From: Flavobacteriaceae bacterium
GTDB taxonomy: Bacteria; Bacteroidota; Bacteroidia; Flavobacteriales; Flavobacteriaceae
Assembly (NCBI GenBank): GCA_018608425.1
Contig: JABAZL010000167.1
Coordinates: 18,611 to 82,610 of the forward strand
Direction: 5' to 3'
Length of the DNA stretch: 64,000 bases
Shown: positions 30,836-42,800 of the stretch, piece after piece
Layout: every line of letters begins with the position of its first letter
Numbering within the stretch: the first letter of the stretch is position 1
The notes under the pieces: generated by a model
Told to the model about the DNA's origin: nothing
The model's input: only the letters and a program-made list of their open reading frames with translations
The model's database searches: none
Made by a program: the position numbers and the translations under genes

Positions 30836-31540
30836 TTAGTATTCGTTAAGTAAAAGATCTATATCCTCAAGAAGCATATCAACTCCTTGTTCTTCTGCAT
30901 CTTCTTGATCTAATCCAAAATAATAAACAATCGGATTTCCATAGTCGTCTTGTCGAGAACGAATGAAGCCCTTTTTATCGATTAGCGCAAAATAGCCCTG
31001 ATGTTCAAACCCTCCAGCAACTGCGGGGTTTATCTCAGCAAATATATTGAAGCCTTTGTTTGCCAAGTCGTATACACTGGATTTTGGTCCAGTTAAGAAA
31101 TTCCAAGAAACCTCTGTGCCGACATAGCTTTCGGCATATTTTTTTAAAACAGAAGGGGTGTCGTTGTCCGGATCAATTGTAAAGGATGCAATTCCAAAAT
31201 TTTCTTGATCTCCAAAAGCATCATTTAAGATTTTCATGTTTTTATTCATGATCGGACAAATGGACGGACAGGTTGTGAAGAAAAATTCAGCAACGTAAAC
31301 CTTTCCCAAATAATCTTCGTTAGACACGTAAATACTATCCTGATTCAGAAATAAAAATTCAGGTACTTTTTTAGGATCTCCATTGATCTTGATGAAATCT
31401 AAAGCCTTAAAGCCCGGTTTAATGGATCGACTGCTGTCTACTGTTGCATTATTTGTAAGACGATTGAATATCTTGGGAACAACAATTACTGCGAAGATTA
31501 TTATGATAATCGCAAGTCCGATATAAGAAGATTTCTTCAT
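30836..31540 (-). CDS. SCO1/SenC copper chaperone
   Basis: FFFTTCPSICP (CxxxC), IDPDNDT, WNFLTG, FEH. Confidence 0.93.
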   Translation of the reverse strand: MKKSSYIGLAIIIIIFAVIVVPKIFNRLTNNATVDSSRSIKPGFKALDFIKINGDPKKVPEFLFLNQDSIYVSNEDYLGKVYVAEFFFTTCPSICPIMNKNMKILNDAFGDQENFGIASFTIDPDNDTPSVLKKYAESYVGTEVSWNFLTGPKSSVYDLANKGFNIFAEINPAVAGGFEHQGYFALIDKKGFIRSRQDDYGNPIVYYFGLDQEDAEEQGVDMLLEDIDLLLNEY

Positions 31541-31594
31541 ATGTAAATGTAGTTATTATCCACTTAATTCATGACACACTAGAATAACTCTAGT

Positions 31595-32260
31595 TTACTT
31601 TTGTCTGTTGGCATTATTTTTTTTGAGAGCCAAACGATATTCTGCGAGAATGACTTTGACATCATCTGTCATCTTATTGTTTAATGAAGCTACAGACGAA
31701 GCATCATATCCAAAAAGAGTGCCTACGTCTTCATCATCATCACGTCCTCGTAAATTAGCTTCTCTATCAACAATAAAAACAGTTGATGTGCTTTGTTTTG
31801 GAGATAGATTAATATCACTTTCAAGACTCAAGAATAGCGTCTGAATTTGTTCAGCAGAACCAAAAATGAAGTTCCACTTGATCATGTCCGTTCCAACTCC
31901 TTCTTCTAATTCTGAAATAACCTTCGCTATTTCATCTTGATATCCGTCCTCAACAGCAACGACGAATTGAAAGTCTTTGAATTCATAAAAACGTTTGTAT
32001 ATCTTCTGATTCAGATTGAAAGCATCACTCTTTTTACTTTCTAAATCATTCCCCCAAAAACCGATTACGGTGATGTGGTCTTCGAATTGAATTGGATCCC
32101 CACGGAGTGTTTTCCAAGAACTTATTTCTGGAAGATTCTCTGTTAGGATAGGGAGTTTTGCAAAATTGTTAATTCCAGAAGCAAAAAATAAATAAATAAC
32201 GATTGGAAATACAAAGAGTATTCCGAGTACTACATACTTTTTAAATGCGTTATTCTTCAT
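31595..32260 (-). CDS. Membrane-anchored protein, degenerate SCO-like
   Basis: N-terminal TM; WNFIFG and IVDREANLRGR resemble the neighbouring SCO protein, but no Cys is present. Confidence 0.7.
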   Translation of the reverse strand: MKNNAFKKYVVLGILFVFPIVIYLFFASGINNFAKLPILTENLPEISSWKTLRGDPIQFEDHITVIGFWGNDLESKKSDAFNLNQKIYKRFYEFKDFQFVVAVEDGYQDEIAKVISELEEGVGTDMIKWNFIFGSAEQIQTLFLSLESDINLSPKQSTSTVFIVDREANLRGRDDDEDVGTLFGYDASSVASLNNKMTDDVKVILAEYRLALKKNNANRQK

Positions 32261-32268
32261 TTTTTATT

Positions 32269-32652
32269 TTAGAAATTCCAACTAACAAAACCAGTACGCA
32301 TAACCTCAAAAATGTAATCTGCTTCTAACAAAAGGATGAAACACAAGTAAGGAATAAGCACTACTAAAGGAAGTACAATAGATCCCTTTAGGCCACCCTT
32401 TTCATCTCGAATGTGCATGAAATCCCAAGCAATGTAATAGGCTTTAACAATAGTTAAAATAATGAAAATCCAATTTAAGATTTTCATCCCTAAAAACATT
32501 CCCATTAGACTTTCTGGTTTTACAATACCCAGAATAACCTCGACAGTTGTGACGATGGATAGGAAAATCAGAACGCCCCATATTTTTTGAACGTTTGATT
32601 TGAATTTTAATAATCCTCTGAAGATGGCTAAGTTTTCTGTATCGTGTGCCAT
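32269..32652 (-). CDS. Cytochrome c oxidase subunit IV family (start ATG 32652)
   Basis: IVTTVE, KAYYIAWDFMH, three TM helices. Confidence 0.88.
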   Translation of the reverse strand: MAHDTENLAIFRGLLKFKSNVQKIWGVLIFLSIVTTVEVILGIVKPESLMGMFLGMKILNWIFIILTIVKAYYIAWDFMHIRDEKGGLKGSIVLPLVVLIPYLCFILLLEADYIFEVMRTGFVSWNF

Positions 32653-32672
32653 AATGTATATTTTATAATTAA

Positions 32673-33653
32673 TTAAACTAAATAGAAGAAGGTGAATACG
32701 AATACCCAAACTAAATCTACAAAGTGCCAGTAAAGTCCAACTTTTTCAACCATTTCATAGTGCCCTCTTTTTTCATAAGTTCCCATGATAACGTTGAAGA
32801 AAATGATGATGTTGATTACAACTCCCGAAAGAACGTGAAATCCGTGAAATCCAGTAATGAAGAAAAAGAAATCGGCAAACAAGCGGTTTCCGTATTCATT
32901 GTGAATCAGGTTAGCTCCTTCTACAACATTGATTGCTTCATTTATTTTTAACAAAGATTCTTCTCTTGAAAGAATAACCTTGTGACCCATTTCGTCAATT
33001 TTTTCAGTTTTAATAACCAAACTTTCATTAGCAGCAAATCCACCTGCTACCTCTTCCAAGCTATAACTTGGCAATGAAGATTCTCCAATAAACCAAATTC
33101 CATTACTATTTAAGTGGGTATCTCTAGGCGAATCGATAGTGGTAGCAAAAGCTTCTAAAGCAACACGCTTTCCTGTTTCTGCATCCATAAACTGAAGAAT
33201 TTGTCCTCCTTTAGTTTCAAGAGCTCCGTATTCACCTTTGATGAAGTTTTTCCACTCCCAAGCTTGTGATCCAACGAATATTGCTCCTCCAATAATGGTA
33301 AGCAACATATAAAACGTCACTTTCGCTTTGTTCATATGGTGGCCCGCATCTACGGCTAATACCATAGTTACTGAAGAGAAAATTAAGACAAAAGTCATCA
33401 AAGCTACATAATACATCGGAGCATCTACTCCATGTAAAAATGGGAAATGCGTAAACACTTCATCGGCAATTGGCCAAGAATCAATATTTTTAAATCTAGA
33501 AAAACCATAGGCTACTAAGAAGCCTGTAAAAGTTAAAGCATCAGAAACGATGAAAAACCACATCATCATTTTTCCGTAGCTCGCTTTTAGTGGTTTATTA
33601 CCTCCACCCCAAACATTGGTCTCGTCTATTGTTTTGTTTGCTGTAACTTCCAT
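32673..33653 (-). CDS. Cytochrome c oxidase subunit III (long form with soluble insert)
   Basis: MMWFFIVSD, FFFITGFHGFHV, GLYWHFVDLVW. Confidence 0.93.
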   Translation of the reverse strand: MEVTANKTIDETNVWGGGNKPLKASYGKMMMWFFIVSDALTFTGFLVAYGFSRFKNIDSWPIADEVFTHFPFLHGVDAPMYYVALMTFVLIFSSVTMVLAVDAGHHMNKAKVTFYMLLTIIGGAIFVGSQAWEWKNFIKGEYGALETKGGQILQFMDAETGKRVALEAFATTIDSPRDTHLNSNGIWFIGESSLPSYSLEEVAGGFAANESLVIKTEKIDEMGHKVILSREESLLKINEAINVVEGANLIHNEYGNRLFADFFFFITGFHGFHVLSGVVINIIIFFNVIMGTYEKRGHYEMVEKVGLYWHFVDLVWVFVFTFFYLV

Positions 33654-33695
33654 ATAAAAGTGTCAAATTTTAATTTTACAAAAATAGTATTTTTT

Positions 33696-34268
33696 TTAAC
33701 TATACACACTCACGAAAACGTATAAATAAATCCATAAAAAATCGAGGAAATGCCAAAATAATTCTGCTAATTCATAGCCTAATTTATCTTCGGGTGTATA
33801 TGCATTTCTATAGGTTTGAAAAAGAACGACCAATAAAACAATCAATCCACCAAAAACGTGAGCAAGGTGAAGTAAAACAAGTACGTAAAGAAAGGAGGTT
33901 GTGATTGAACTTGCTGCTCCTGTAAAATAATATCCTTGCGCTATGACTTGCGAAAATCCAGTAAACTGAAAATAAACAAACAACAGCGTTAAGCCTAGTG
34001 TTGCCCATAGAAATGTTTTTTGCAACAATACGTTCCCTTGGTTCAATGCATTTTTACCTAAGAAAAAGGTAATGCTGCTTAAAAAGATCAGTAAGGTGCT
34101 ATATAAAAACACGGTTGGTAATTCGAAAGAAGTTAGCCAATCTGCTCGACTACTACTCACTACATAAGCACTGGTCAAACCAGCGAAGGTCATCGTCATA
34201 CTAATCATTCCGAACCAGAGCATCATTTTTTTTGCTCGAGCATTCTTTTCTGCTGCTGTTTTTTCCAT
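33696..34268 (-). CDS. Cytochrome c oxidase subunit III-like (short form)
   Basis: FAGLTSAY, LHLAHV, FWHFLDFLW. Confidence 0.9.
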   Translation of the reverse strand: MEKTAAEKNARAKKMMLWFGMISMTMTFAGLTSAYVVSSSRADWLTSFELPTVFLYSTLLIFLSSITFFLGKNALNQGNVLLQKTFLWATLGLTLLFVYFQFTGFSQVIAQGYYFTGAASSITTSFLYVLVLLHLAHVFGGLIVLLVVLFQTYRNAYTPEDKLGYELAELFWHFLDFLWIYLYVFVSVYS

Positions 34269-34269
34269 T

Positions 34270-35181
34270 TTAAGCGATCATTTTATCAATTACATATATA
34301 ATTTGAACCAGTGTAATATAGCCTACACTAGAAAACATTAATCTTTTAGCTGCTTCATTTGTTTTGTTAATCATCAATTGAAGTGCAAAATACAGCATAA
34401 TTAGGCCTAAAATCCCAACTACGACCGCTCCCATTATACTTAAATTAAAACTACCCGTGTAGACAGTTGCTGGCAATACAGAAATAACAATCATCCAGAG
34501 GGTGTAAAATACAATTTGAAAAGCAGTAGCATTGTCTGCATGACCTGAAGGTAGCATCTTAAAGCCTGCACGTTTATAATCTTCATCCAACATCCATCCG
34601 ATTGCCCAAAAATGAGGGAATTGCCAAAAAAACTGTATCATAAACAATACCCCGGGCTCGATCCCAAAATAATCTGTATACGCTACCCATCCGAGCATAA
34701 AAGGTATCGCTCCGGGAAAAGCACCGACAAAAACAGCCAAAGGAGTTCTTGTTTTGAGTGGTGTATAGACACAAACGTATAAGAAGATAGAAATTCCACC
34801 AAACAAAGCTGTTCGGGTATTTATGGTGTACAAAACCAATAAGCCTAAGACCGTTAGAATAGTAGCGATTGTTATAGCCGATTGAACCGACATTCTTCCT
34901 GAAGGTAGAGGTCTGTTCTTAGTCCGATCCATTAATGCATCGAGGTCTTTTTCTAACACTTGATTGAATGCGTTCGAAGCACCTACCATGAAATAGCCGC
35001 CAAAGGCTAAAAGAATAACATCGATAAGAACCGGAGAATCTGCTGCCAAAAAATAACCTGCAATAGATGAAAAAACTACGCTTACTGCAAGGCGTACTTT
35101 TGTCAACTGCTTAAAGTCGTCCATGAAGAGTGAAAAAGTGGACTCCTCTGGGGTTTGTAAACGAATTTTTTCTACATCCAT
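34270..35181 (-). CDS. cyoE: Protoheme IX farnesyltransferase (start ATG 35181)
   Basis: DALMDRTKNRPLP, YTPLK, FWQFPHF, DYKRAG; a TATCTTTG -7 box at 35191-35198 overlaps the ORF-track start. Confidence 0.95.
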   Translation of the reverse strand: MDVEKIRLQTPEESTFSLFMDDFKQLTKVRLAVSVVFSSIAGYFLAADSPVLIDVILLAFGGYFMVGASNAFNQVLEKDLDALMDRTKNRPLPSGRMSVQSAITIATILTVLGLLVLYTINTRTALFGGISIFLYVCVYTPLKTRTPLAVFVGAFPGAIPFMLGWVAYTDYFGIEPGVLFMIQFFWQFPHFWAIGWMLDEDYKRAGFKMLPSGHADNATAFQIVFYTLWMIVISVLPATVYTGSFNLSIMGAVVVGILGLIMLYFALQLMINKTNEAAKRLMFSSVGYITLVQIIYVIDKMIA

Positions 35182-35249
35182 AATCTTGTGCAAAGATAAT
35201 GTACAATCCCCTATTTACCATAGAAACCGAAATCTAAATTATGGGACAC

Positions 35250-35277
35250 AAAAAAGCCCGAAGTTTCCTTCGGGCTT
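35250..35277 (-). terminator. Intrinsic terminator after tonB
   Basis: Stem AAGCCCGAAG/CTTCGGGCTT with T tract on the minus strand. Confidence 0.85.
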
Positions 35278-35298
35278 CATTAAACAACAAGAGTTGTT

Positions 35299-36009
35299 TT
35301 AGTTCAATCTAAACGTAATTGGAATACTGAAAGGAACACGAACAGGGCGTCCTCTTTGTTTTCCAGGTATCATTTTTGGAAGCTTCGAAATGATTCGAGA
35401 TGCTTCTTTTTCTAAATTCTTATCTGGTCCACGCATTCTTACGTTAGTAATACTTCCGTCTTTTGATATAATAAAGTTTACATAAACTCTTCCTTGGATT
35501 CCCATTTCTTGAGCAATTTCAGGATAACGGAAATTCTTACGAATATGCTTATTCATCTTGTCTTGGAAACATGCTCTTCGTTCTGATTTTGCGACACGCT
35601 CACAACCTGGGAATAAAGGAACATCTTCAATAACTGCAAAAGGAACATCTACATCATCGAAATCATCTTCAACCTCAATGTCTTCAACCTCAACAATTTC
35701 TTCTTGATCGGTTTCAGTAGATTCTATTACTGTTTCTTCAACCTCTTCTTCATCCTCAACAATCTCAATTACTTCTGGAGCTGGTGGAGGTGGTGGTGGA
35801 GGTGGTGGTGTTTTTAGTTGTTCTGTAATTGGCACTTCTTCATCATCTTCGTCATCAACGTTAAGCGCTTGATAGTCGAAAGCTGATTTTTCGTACGTCT
35901 TCCACTCGATCGCTTGCCACGAGAACAAGAGAACCAAGGCGAGACCTATGGCGAAATATAAGCTGCTGTTTTTGGTCAGATCAGCTTTAGGGTTTTTTTT
36001 CAGTTGCAT
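35299..36009 (-). CDS. tonB: Energy transducer TonB
   Basis: N-terminal TM, poly-Pro/acidic linker, YPEIAQEMGIQGRV C-domain. Confidence 0.93.
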   Translation of the reverse strand: MQLKKNPKADLTKNSSLYFAIGLALVLLFSWQAIEWKTYEKSAFDYQALNVDDEDDEEVPITEQLKTPPPPPPPPPAPEVIEIVEDEEEVEETVIESTETDQEEIVEVEDIEVEDDFDDVDVPFAVIEDVPLFPGCERVAKSERRACFQDKMNKHIRKNFRYPEIAQEMGIQGRVYVNFIISKDGSITNVRMRGPDKNLEKEASRIISKLPKMIPGKQRGRPVRVPFSIPITFRLN

Positions 36010-36032
36010 AGAACTTTATTTAGATAGCTAAT

Positions 36033-36413
36033 TTATAAAAATACGGCATTTGACAATAACTTTTTAACTCTTTTTGATGAAAAAATAAAGAAAACAATTC
36101 CTAGAGTGTTCGCTAACAAATCATAGACCTCAAAACTTCGGTGGGATAATAGGCTTCCCTGAACGATTTCGAGCAACAAACCCAATGAAAAAGAGCTGAT
36201 TATTGTCCACTTTTTGGCTGTTTCAAACTTCCAGTCCAAATTCAATGCCACAAATACACTTGTTGCAAAACAAAAATAGGCAAATCCATGTGCTAGTTTA
36301 TCAACTTCAAAACAAGGATTTTCTTTAATAGGCAAATGTAAAGCAACGGTAGAAAGGAAAACAATAAAAACTCCAATGCTATATGCTGCAATGGAGAACA
36401 TATATCTAGGCAC
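36033..36413 (-). CDS. VanZ family membrane protein
   Basis: DKLAH...Y, EIVQ, R, DLLANTLG. Confidence 0.88.
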   Translation of the reverse strand: MPRYMFSIAAYSIGVFIVFLSTVALHLPIKENPCFEVDKLAHGFAYFCFATSVFVALNLDWKFETAKKWTIISSFSLGLLLEIVQGSLLSHRSFEVYDLLANTLGIVFFIFSSKRVKKLLSNAVFL

Positions 36414-36786
36414 CGATCAATTCTTTATATGCCGCAGCGTCCAAAAGCTCACTAGCTTCTGCTGGATTGTCCAGTTTAATTTTAATCATCCACCCTTTAC
36501 CGTAAGGATCTTCGTTTACCATTTCTGGTTCATCTTCTAGTGATTCGTTGAATTCGATAATTGTACCTGATAGTGGCATAAAAAGATCAGAAACGGTCTT
36601 TACGGCCTCTACTGTTCCAAAAACTTCGCTGATTCCTATTTGTTCGTCTAAGGTTTCTACTTCGACATAAACAATATCTCCTAATTCACTTTGAGCAAAA
36701 TCAGTAACGCCAACAGTTGCGATTCCATCTTCAATTGAAATCCATTCATGGTCTTTGGTATAGTGTAATGTATCAGGTGTATTCAT
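36406..36786 (-). CDS. gcvH: Glycine cleavage system H protein
   Basis: YTKDHEW, GVTDFAQSELGD, VEAVKT lipoyl lysine, DPYGKGW; TATATTTG box at 36808-36815. Confidence 0.97.
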   Translation of the reverse strand: MNTPDTLHYTKDHEWISIEDGIATVGVTDFAQSELGDIVYVEVETLDEQIGISEVFGTVEAVKTVSDLFMPLSGTIIEFNESLEDEPEMVNEDPYGKGWMIKIKLDNPAEASELLDAAAYKELIGA

Positions 36787-36829
36787 TAATTCTTTGTTTT
36801 AAAGAAACAAATATAACAGATTCTCCCAA

Positions 36830-39800
36830 TCAATTACCAAAATTATATCGAATGATTATTCCCGATCGAATTGAGGTTTGTGGGAAAGCAGAAGAAATTG
36901 CAAATTCCGAGAAATTGTGATCGTAAAAGAACTGACTTGTAAGGTTTTTAGACAAGGCATAATCGGCTGATACCTTAATAGACCAGAGGGTCTGTCCAGC
37001 GGTTACTTGATTGTCGTTTATTTCCAAATTCCTCAAAACCGTAATGTTGTTTCGATACGATAAATCGGCTTTAATATTTAAATCTCCTGTGAGGGTTTTT
37101 CTTCTTCCACCAATTCGAGTTCTAAAACGTAAGTCTTTGAGGCGGTATCCCATCCCAACGATATATTCTTGCCCACTAGATTCAGTCAATAAATTATTAT
37201 CTAAACTCAACGAAAGTGCCCGATCTGTTTTAAGCTCTGCTAAAAACTTAAACGAGTTTTTCAACTCTAAATCAATTCGAATTAGCGGATTAAATTGCTC
37301 CACCAGATTCAGGTTAGAGAACAAAGTAGAAGGAACAAAGTTTCCACCGTCATCTACTTGATTTGGAAAAGATGGGTCGTAATCTAGGTTCGTTTGAAAA
37401 TTATTGATTGTATAACTCGAGCGATAGGCATGTGTAAGTGAAAATCGATTGAATATTTTCTTGAGAGATTTAACATTCATCAAGCCCGTATATTTTAAAT
37501 TCCAGTTGGGTAAGGGTGTTTTTTTAATCGGATCCAATGACACCTGCTCTACAGACGATCCGGAATATGCTGCAAGGAAAGCTGGAATAACAACCGATTG
37601 GCTCGATCTTCCATATCCTCTTGGATAACCTTCTTCGTCTACATCGGTAATCGGGATTCCTGCCGCTGCAGCTAAACGCTGCGCTACAACTAGTCGATGT
37701 GTTCTGAATTTCTCAAAGTTGGGGTTGTAAGAACCTGTTGGTCTATTGAAAGCTGTTCTAATAAGTAATGTCGACATTCCAAAGTTCCCGTAGCTATTAG
37801 GATTTAAAGGGACATAGGAGCCATTTATTACAGAGAAATTTTCAGATAAGTTTTCAGAAAAATTTCGTTCAGCGGTTAAATCAATTAACAGACCTTTTCC
37901 AAAATCCAATTGTCCAGTTATTTTTAATTGACTGTTGTGTACCTGCGTAAATTGTTGGTTGAAATCAGGGAAATCGGTCAACCATCCGTTTCGGGCTACT
38001 TCATATCGAATATCGGCCTGGCTTCCAAAAGTAAAGGCTGCCGTTGGCTGCAAAGTTCCACCAAAGCCCAGAGTAGGTAAATAGCCCGGCAATACCTTTC
38101 CGTTGTTTTCGCTGTACGTAAATTGAACCCGTTTCATTGTTGAAAGGACATTTGCTACCGAACGTAGCACTTTCTTTTTCTTCTTCTTTTTAGGCTTTTT
38201 CTTATCTTCTGGTGCATTTGGATTGACTACCTTTTTAGATAATATTTGTCTTATGTTTTTTTGATTTTTTTGAATTCCAAAGATTCGATAAATTCGATCC
38301 ATAGAGATGGAACCGTTTAGAGTTTGTGTATTGGCGTTTTGTACCGTATTTACAATCCCCAAAACATTGCCGTCTAAATCTTCAACATCCGCTAAAACAT
38401 CTGACCCACGTTGCCAACTAAAATCGCCCGTGTAACTATAATTTGCATCAATAAAACTCAAAAACGGAATGTATTTGAACGGTAATTTATAGTTCAAGGT
38501 TAGGGCTTGGAAATGCCTGTTTGGGTCTCCAACATCCCAAAGACCATCCCATATATTCTTACTTTTATCTACAGAAGTTGCGCCTTCGTTATTTTCTTGA
38601 TAGTAGTTACGCACTATATTATTACTCGAAGCTGTAAAATTCATTTTCAGGGATCGGGTAATGTTGTGGTTGATGCTATAGGTCCAATCGAACAAGAAAT
38701 TGCGTTGTTGCAAATCTGGTAAAGCGAGTTGTTGTGCTGTGTCAACTCCTTCTGTATAAACTTCTCTAAACTGTTGACTGTTAAACAATCGATCGATTTT
38801 AGAACTGATCGCTATGTTGTTTGGCACTAAATTAAAGTTTACCTCTCTGAGCCATTGCCAGTATTTTTTTCGGTTGAGGGCTTTTATCTTTTTAAAAGGA
38901 TTGATCTCTAAAGGTGTAAAGCCATAATTGTAATTTGCCGAAAGGGCGACCGTTTTATTGGATTGGTTTTGAATTTCATAATCATGGTGAGAAAACTCAT
39001 TATAGGCATACGAAAAATCAAGGTTTTCTAAATTGTAAAAACGAGGTTTAGCGGCACTACCGTTTTTTCGAACTCCAATAAGGCTGATGCTTTTTCGTTC
39101 GGTGTAATCAATTGCTTGATTTTTTATGGTATCGCGCTGAGATTTACTAGTCGCTGTTGCCAAACGATCTTTTAGACGAAGATCTTGATAGAAGGGATCG
39201 TATTCAGGAGTGATTTGCGTTGCTCCCACATTGTAGTTTAATGGAATTTGCACACCCCACTTTTTCGGTAACAATTGTCCTACGTTAACATTCGTTACAA
39301 AATCATATTGTGCTAAATCTTCTCTACTGCGTTCATTTGGTGACTGCTCAATAGATCCAAAACCAATGGTAGATATTCGCCCAGAAGCGCTTATTGTTGC
39401 AAAATCAGCTAGATTAGCATCGAGTGACCCTATGGCAGCCCAACCGCCTTGGCTATCAATTCCAGCAATCCGCAATTCGTTAAACCAGACTTCGCCACAC
39501 AGAACATCACCTACTGTTTGAGAGGGGTTTTTAATACCAATCATCATGGTTTTTATTGATCCCAAGGAAGGGTTTCCACGTACCGAAAACTTATATCTTT
39601 TATCTCCGGGCAAGGAACTAATTGGAGTGAACTCGTCAATGACATTAATATCTTCATCATAGTAAATCGACCCATTAGAAATCTTTCCAATACTTGCAGC
39701 TTTGAGTTTTGATAAAATGTCAATCGGAATGTCAATCGAATTAAAGTCGGGTTGCCAAACCTCCTGCGCACTCAATTTGTTTGATGCGCCTTCCATAAAA

Positions 39801-42800
39801 GAAGAAGGTTTCAGTGGTACTTCAATTTGATAGTAATTGTCTTTATAATCCGTACCTATTCGAATAAACGCAACCAAGCGTTTGTCGTACTCGTCTTGTG
39901 TCCCTTCTCCTGGCAATGGAGTTTGACCTTGTACAGATTCTGCATGCAAGAACATTTTTAGCTTCTTATATTGTCTTAAATCAATTTCAACACTCTTGTA
40001 TATACCTCGAGAATCCATGGGTTGTAAATCACAAATCCGAAAAGATAACGATTGTTCGTTTTGTCGAACAATGGTATTGTTGTTGTTGATTTGTTCTCGT
40101 TGTATATCCGGTGGTAAAACATAATTAATAGGAACCCTATTCTCGTTTTCTAAAACATTAACAGTACTAATATCCACTGTTGTATTCACATTAGCTAAAA
40201 CAGTTTCGTTCAGTGATTGGTTGTAACGCCTCCAGTCTCCACGCACTAAGTCTAGAGTTCCAAACCTAAAAACCACCGGCGTTTCAAATTCGCTTAGAAC
40301 CATTCGCATGAAACGAATCGAGCGAAGATCTTCAATCCCATTGATGTTATCGAAGTAGGTATTGAAACTTGTTCCTTGATAATAGCGTTTATCTATAGGT
40401 ACTTTGAACTGAATCCATCGAGAAGTTAGTTGTTGTCCATTGGGAAGGTCAACGGTTACATTTTCACGAACATCGGTAATGAAAGGATGGTTACCAACAG
40501 TCATGTTTTTAGCGATTGGGACACGATATTCGAAGTAACTGTCAATCGTATTCATGGTTTGATCACGGTTGATGTCTTCGGTATCGGGCTCTGCTGTACT
40601 CCCGCGGTTTGTATCTGAAAAAGCAATAGGTGAATTTCCTTCAGTTCCGTTGTAGTTTTTATAGCGATTCACGATTCCTCCCGAAGCCTGAACAAAATAT
40701 TCGTAATTATCTCCAGCAGGATCATTGACAGGACCATTTGGATAGACCAAGCGCTCTTCGTCATCATTCAATCCATCAAAACCTAAATCTTGTAATAAGC
40801 GGTCCTCTTCAACCGTATTAAACGCATAGAGTAAAGATTGAGCTGCTGGTGTTTTTCCCCAATTACTTTCGTTGGTAGCAACAGGTTCTGATCCCGGTAA
40901 ACCATTTTCATATTGTTTACGGCCATCTTTCAGGACATCTTCAGAAATATTACCTAAATGAAAAACCAACGACCCAAGGTCTTGATCAGGAGTTTCTAAT
41001 TCGGTAAAAGTATCCAGTAACCAGAATTCTATAAATTCTACATTCGATTGTTCAAAGTTTGTTGCATTGATTGAACGCATCACACCCCCCCAATTCTTTT
41101 CTGGGTTTGCAATAAAGACATCTGTTTCTTGATTGTTATATGGTCCTTTTTCTTCAGGAAAATAAGCTAAATCTAGTGTTGGCTGAAAAGTCGATTGCCC
41201 TTGAACTAAGTCTTGTTCTGGGAAAATTTCATTGATAAAAATACGCCGTGTAGTATTCAACGAAATATCATCGTTTCCAATTCCCTGCGGTCGTGACTGC
41301 GAGGTATAAAAAATTGGATCGACACTATACCAGGCAAGTTTTGCACGGTTGTGGCCTGCTGTTAAATCGTCAACTCCAGCTTCTGAACCTTCAAAGCCTT
41401 CCGAAGGTACACTCGCTAGATTCCAAGCAAAAAACCCTTTAACGTCAACGTTGGTTTGAGCACCTTCAAAATCGTCTAAATAAACATTTGTTTCTCCTTC
41501 TAACTGTGTATTTTTTGGATCTCCAGCAATAAAAGTGGCTACTTCTCCTCGGAACGAAATGCGCGAAGGAGCAGTTGTTTCAATATTAGGCAGTCTATTG
41601 ACTAATCGGGTTAAAAAAGGCAATTCCGTTGAAAAATTGGTATTTAATCCGATCATGGTATTGTTGACAGGCTCTGTACCATAATTCGCTTTTTGGGTCA
41701 ATGGATTTTCACTCAAATTGATTAAAGTCCCACCGATTACGAAATTATTATTAAACTGGTGTATAATATCAAAACCCGAGAAACGCTTGTTTTGTTGCCC
41801 AAAAAAGGAATTATTTTCTACAGAAATCTGGATGGGAACATTGGAAGCTTGTAAGGCTGGGTCTAGAATTTTTACGCGCCCGATTTGGTAGTTTACAGTA
41901 TAATCCAAACCTTCTTGCAAGACCCGACCACCTGCGGTTACGGAAACCGATCCTCGTGGGACATTAAAAGCTCCAATGGCAATTCCATCTCCTCCAGCTG
42001 ATTTGTAGCGTCCTTTTATTTGATATTTATTCTGCTCTGAAGTTTCTAAAGCTCCAGCTTGTGTAAGTGCATACATGTCTCGAAATACGTACTTTGCCTG
42101 ATTGGCATTGTAGGTCATTTCATTTGCATATTGCTCGTTAGAAGCGTCTGGATTATCTAAAAGTTTGAAGATGGTTTCTCCAAAAGGTTCAACTGTTGGG
42201 AAAATAATTCTTCCATATTGAGGGTCGACAGTAATTCCAGGGACAAAATCAAAAAAACCATCACCCTCTGGCTCTGGATCGTTATATAAATTCAGTCGAT
42301 CTAAATTTAAGGTACGAAGTAGGATTTGATTTTTTAATGTCTCTGGCCATATCGAAGCATCTACAGCCGATAAATAATTAATAGGCGACGGATCGGAAAA
42401 CAATATATTCAATCGAAAATCTTCTTGTTCCAATTGAAAAGCTCCAGTATTGTAGATGTTTTTCATCATCAGATCCCAAACAGGCTGACGAACATCGGTA
42501 ATGGTACTTTTCAATAACTTAACTACAAGGTTATTTGTTGCTACCGTTGGAACTTGATTTTGAGTACTACTAGCAACAATTGAAGTGCCCTCTATACCTC
42601 CGTTGGCAAACTCTCCAACTTGGTACACTTTTCCTTGGAATGTAAATTGAAAGGCTACCCCTAATATTTCGTCATTACTGAGGCGTTGGTTTAAGGAGAT
42701 ATATCCTAACTGTGAATTCAGTGTGTATTCTGTAGCTTGTAATTTTCTGGCACTTTCCAATACTGCATAATCAAATCCTTCTTTGATCCGGCCATTAAGC

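Noticed and set aside
32269-35181. Oxidase cluster lacking subunits I and II
   Set aside because: Usual in Flavobacteriaceae, where those subunits are encoded with the alternative complex III genes.
35780-35810. GGT/GGA triplet run
   Set aside because: Encodes the normal poly-proline linker of TonB.
38170-38205. Poly-lysine tract in sprA
   Set aside because: In frame and of mixed codons; basic low-complexity loops at this position are not unexpected, and there is no sign of phase variation.
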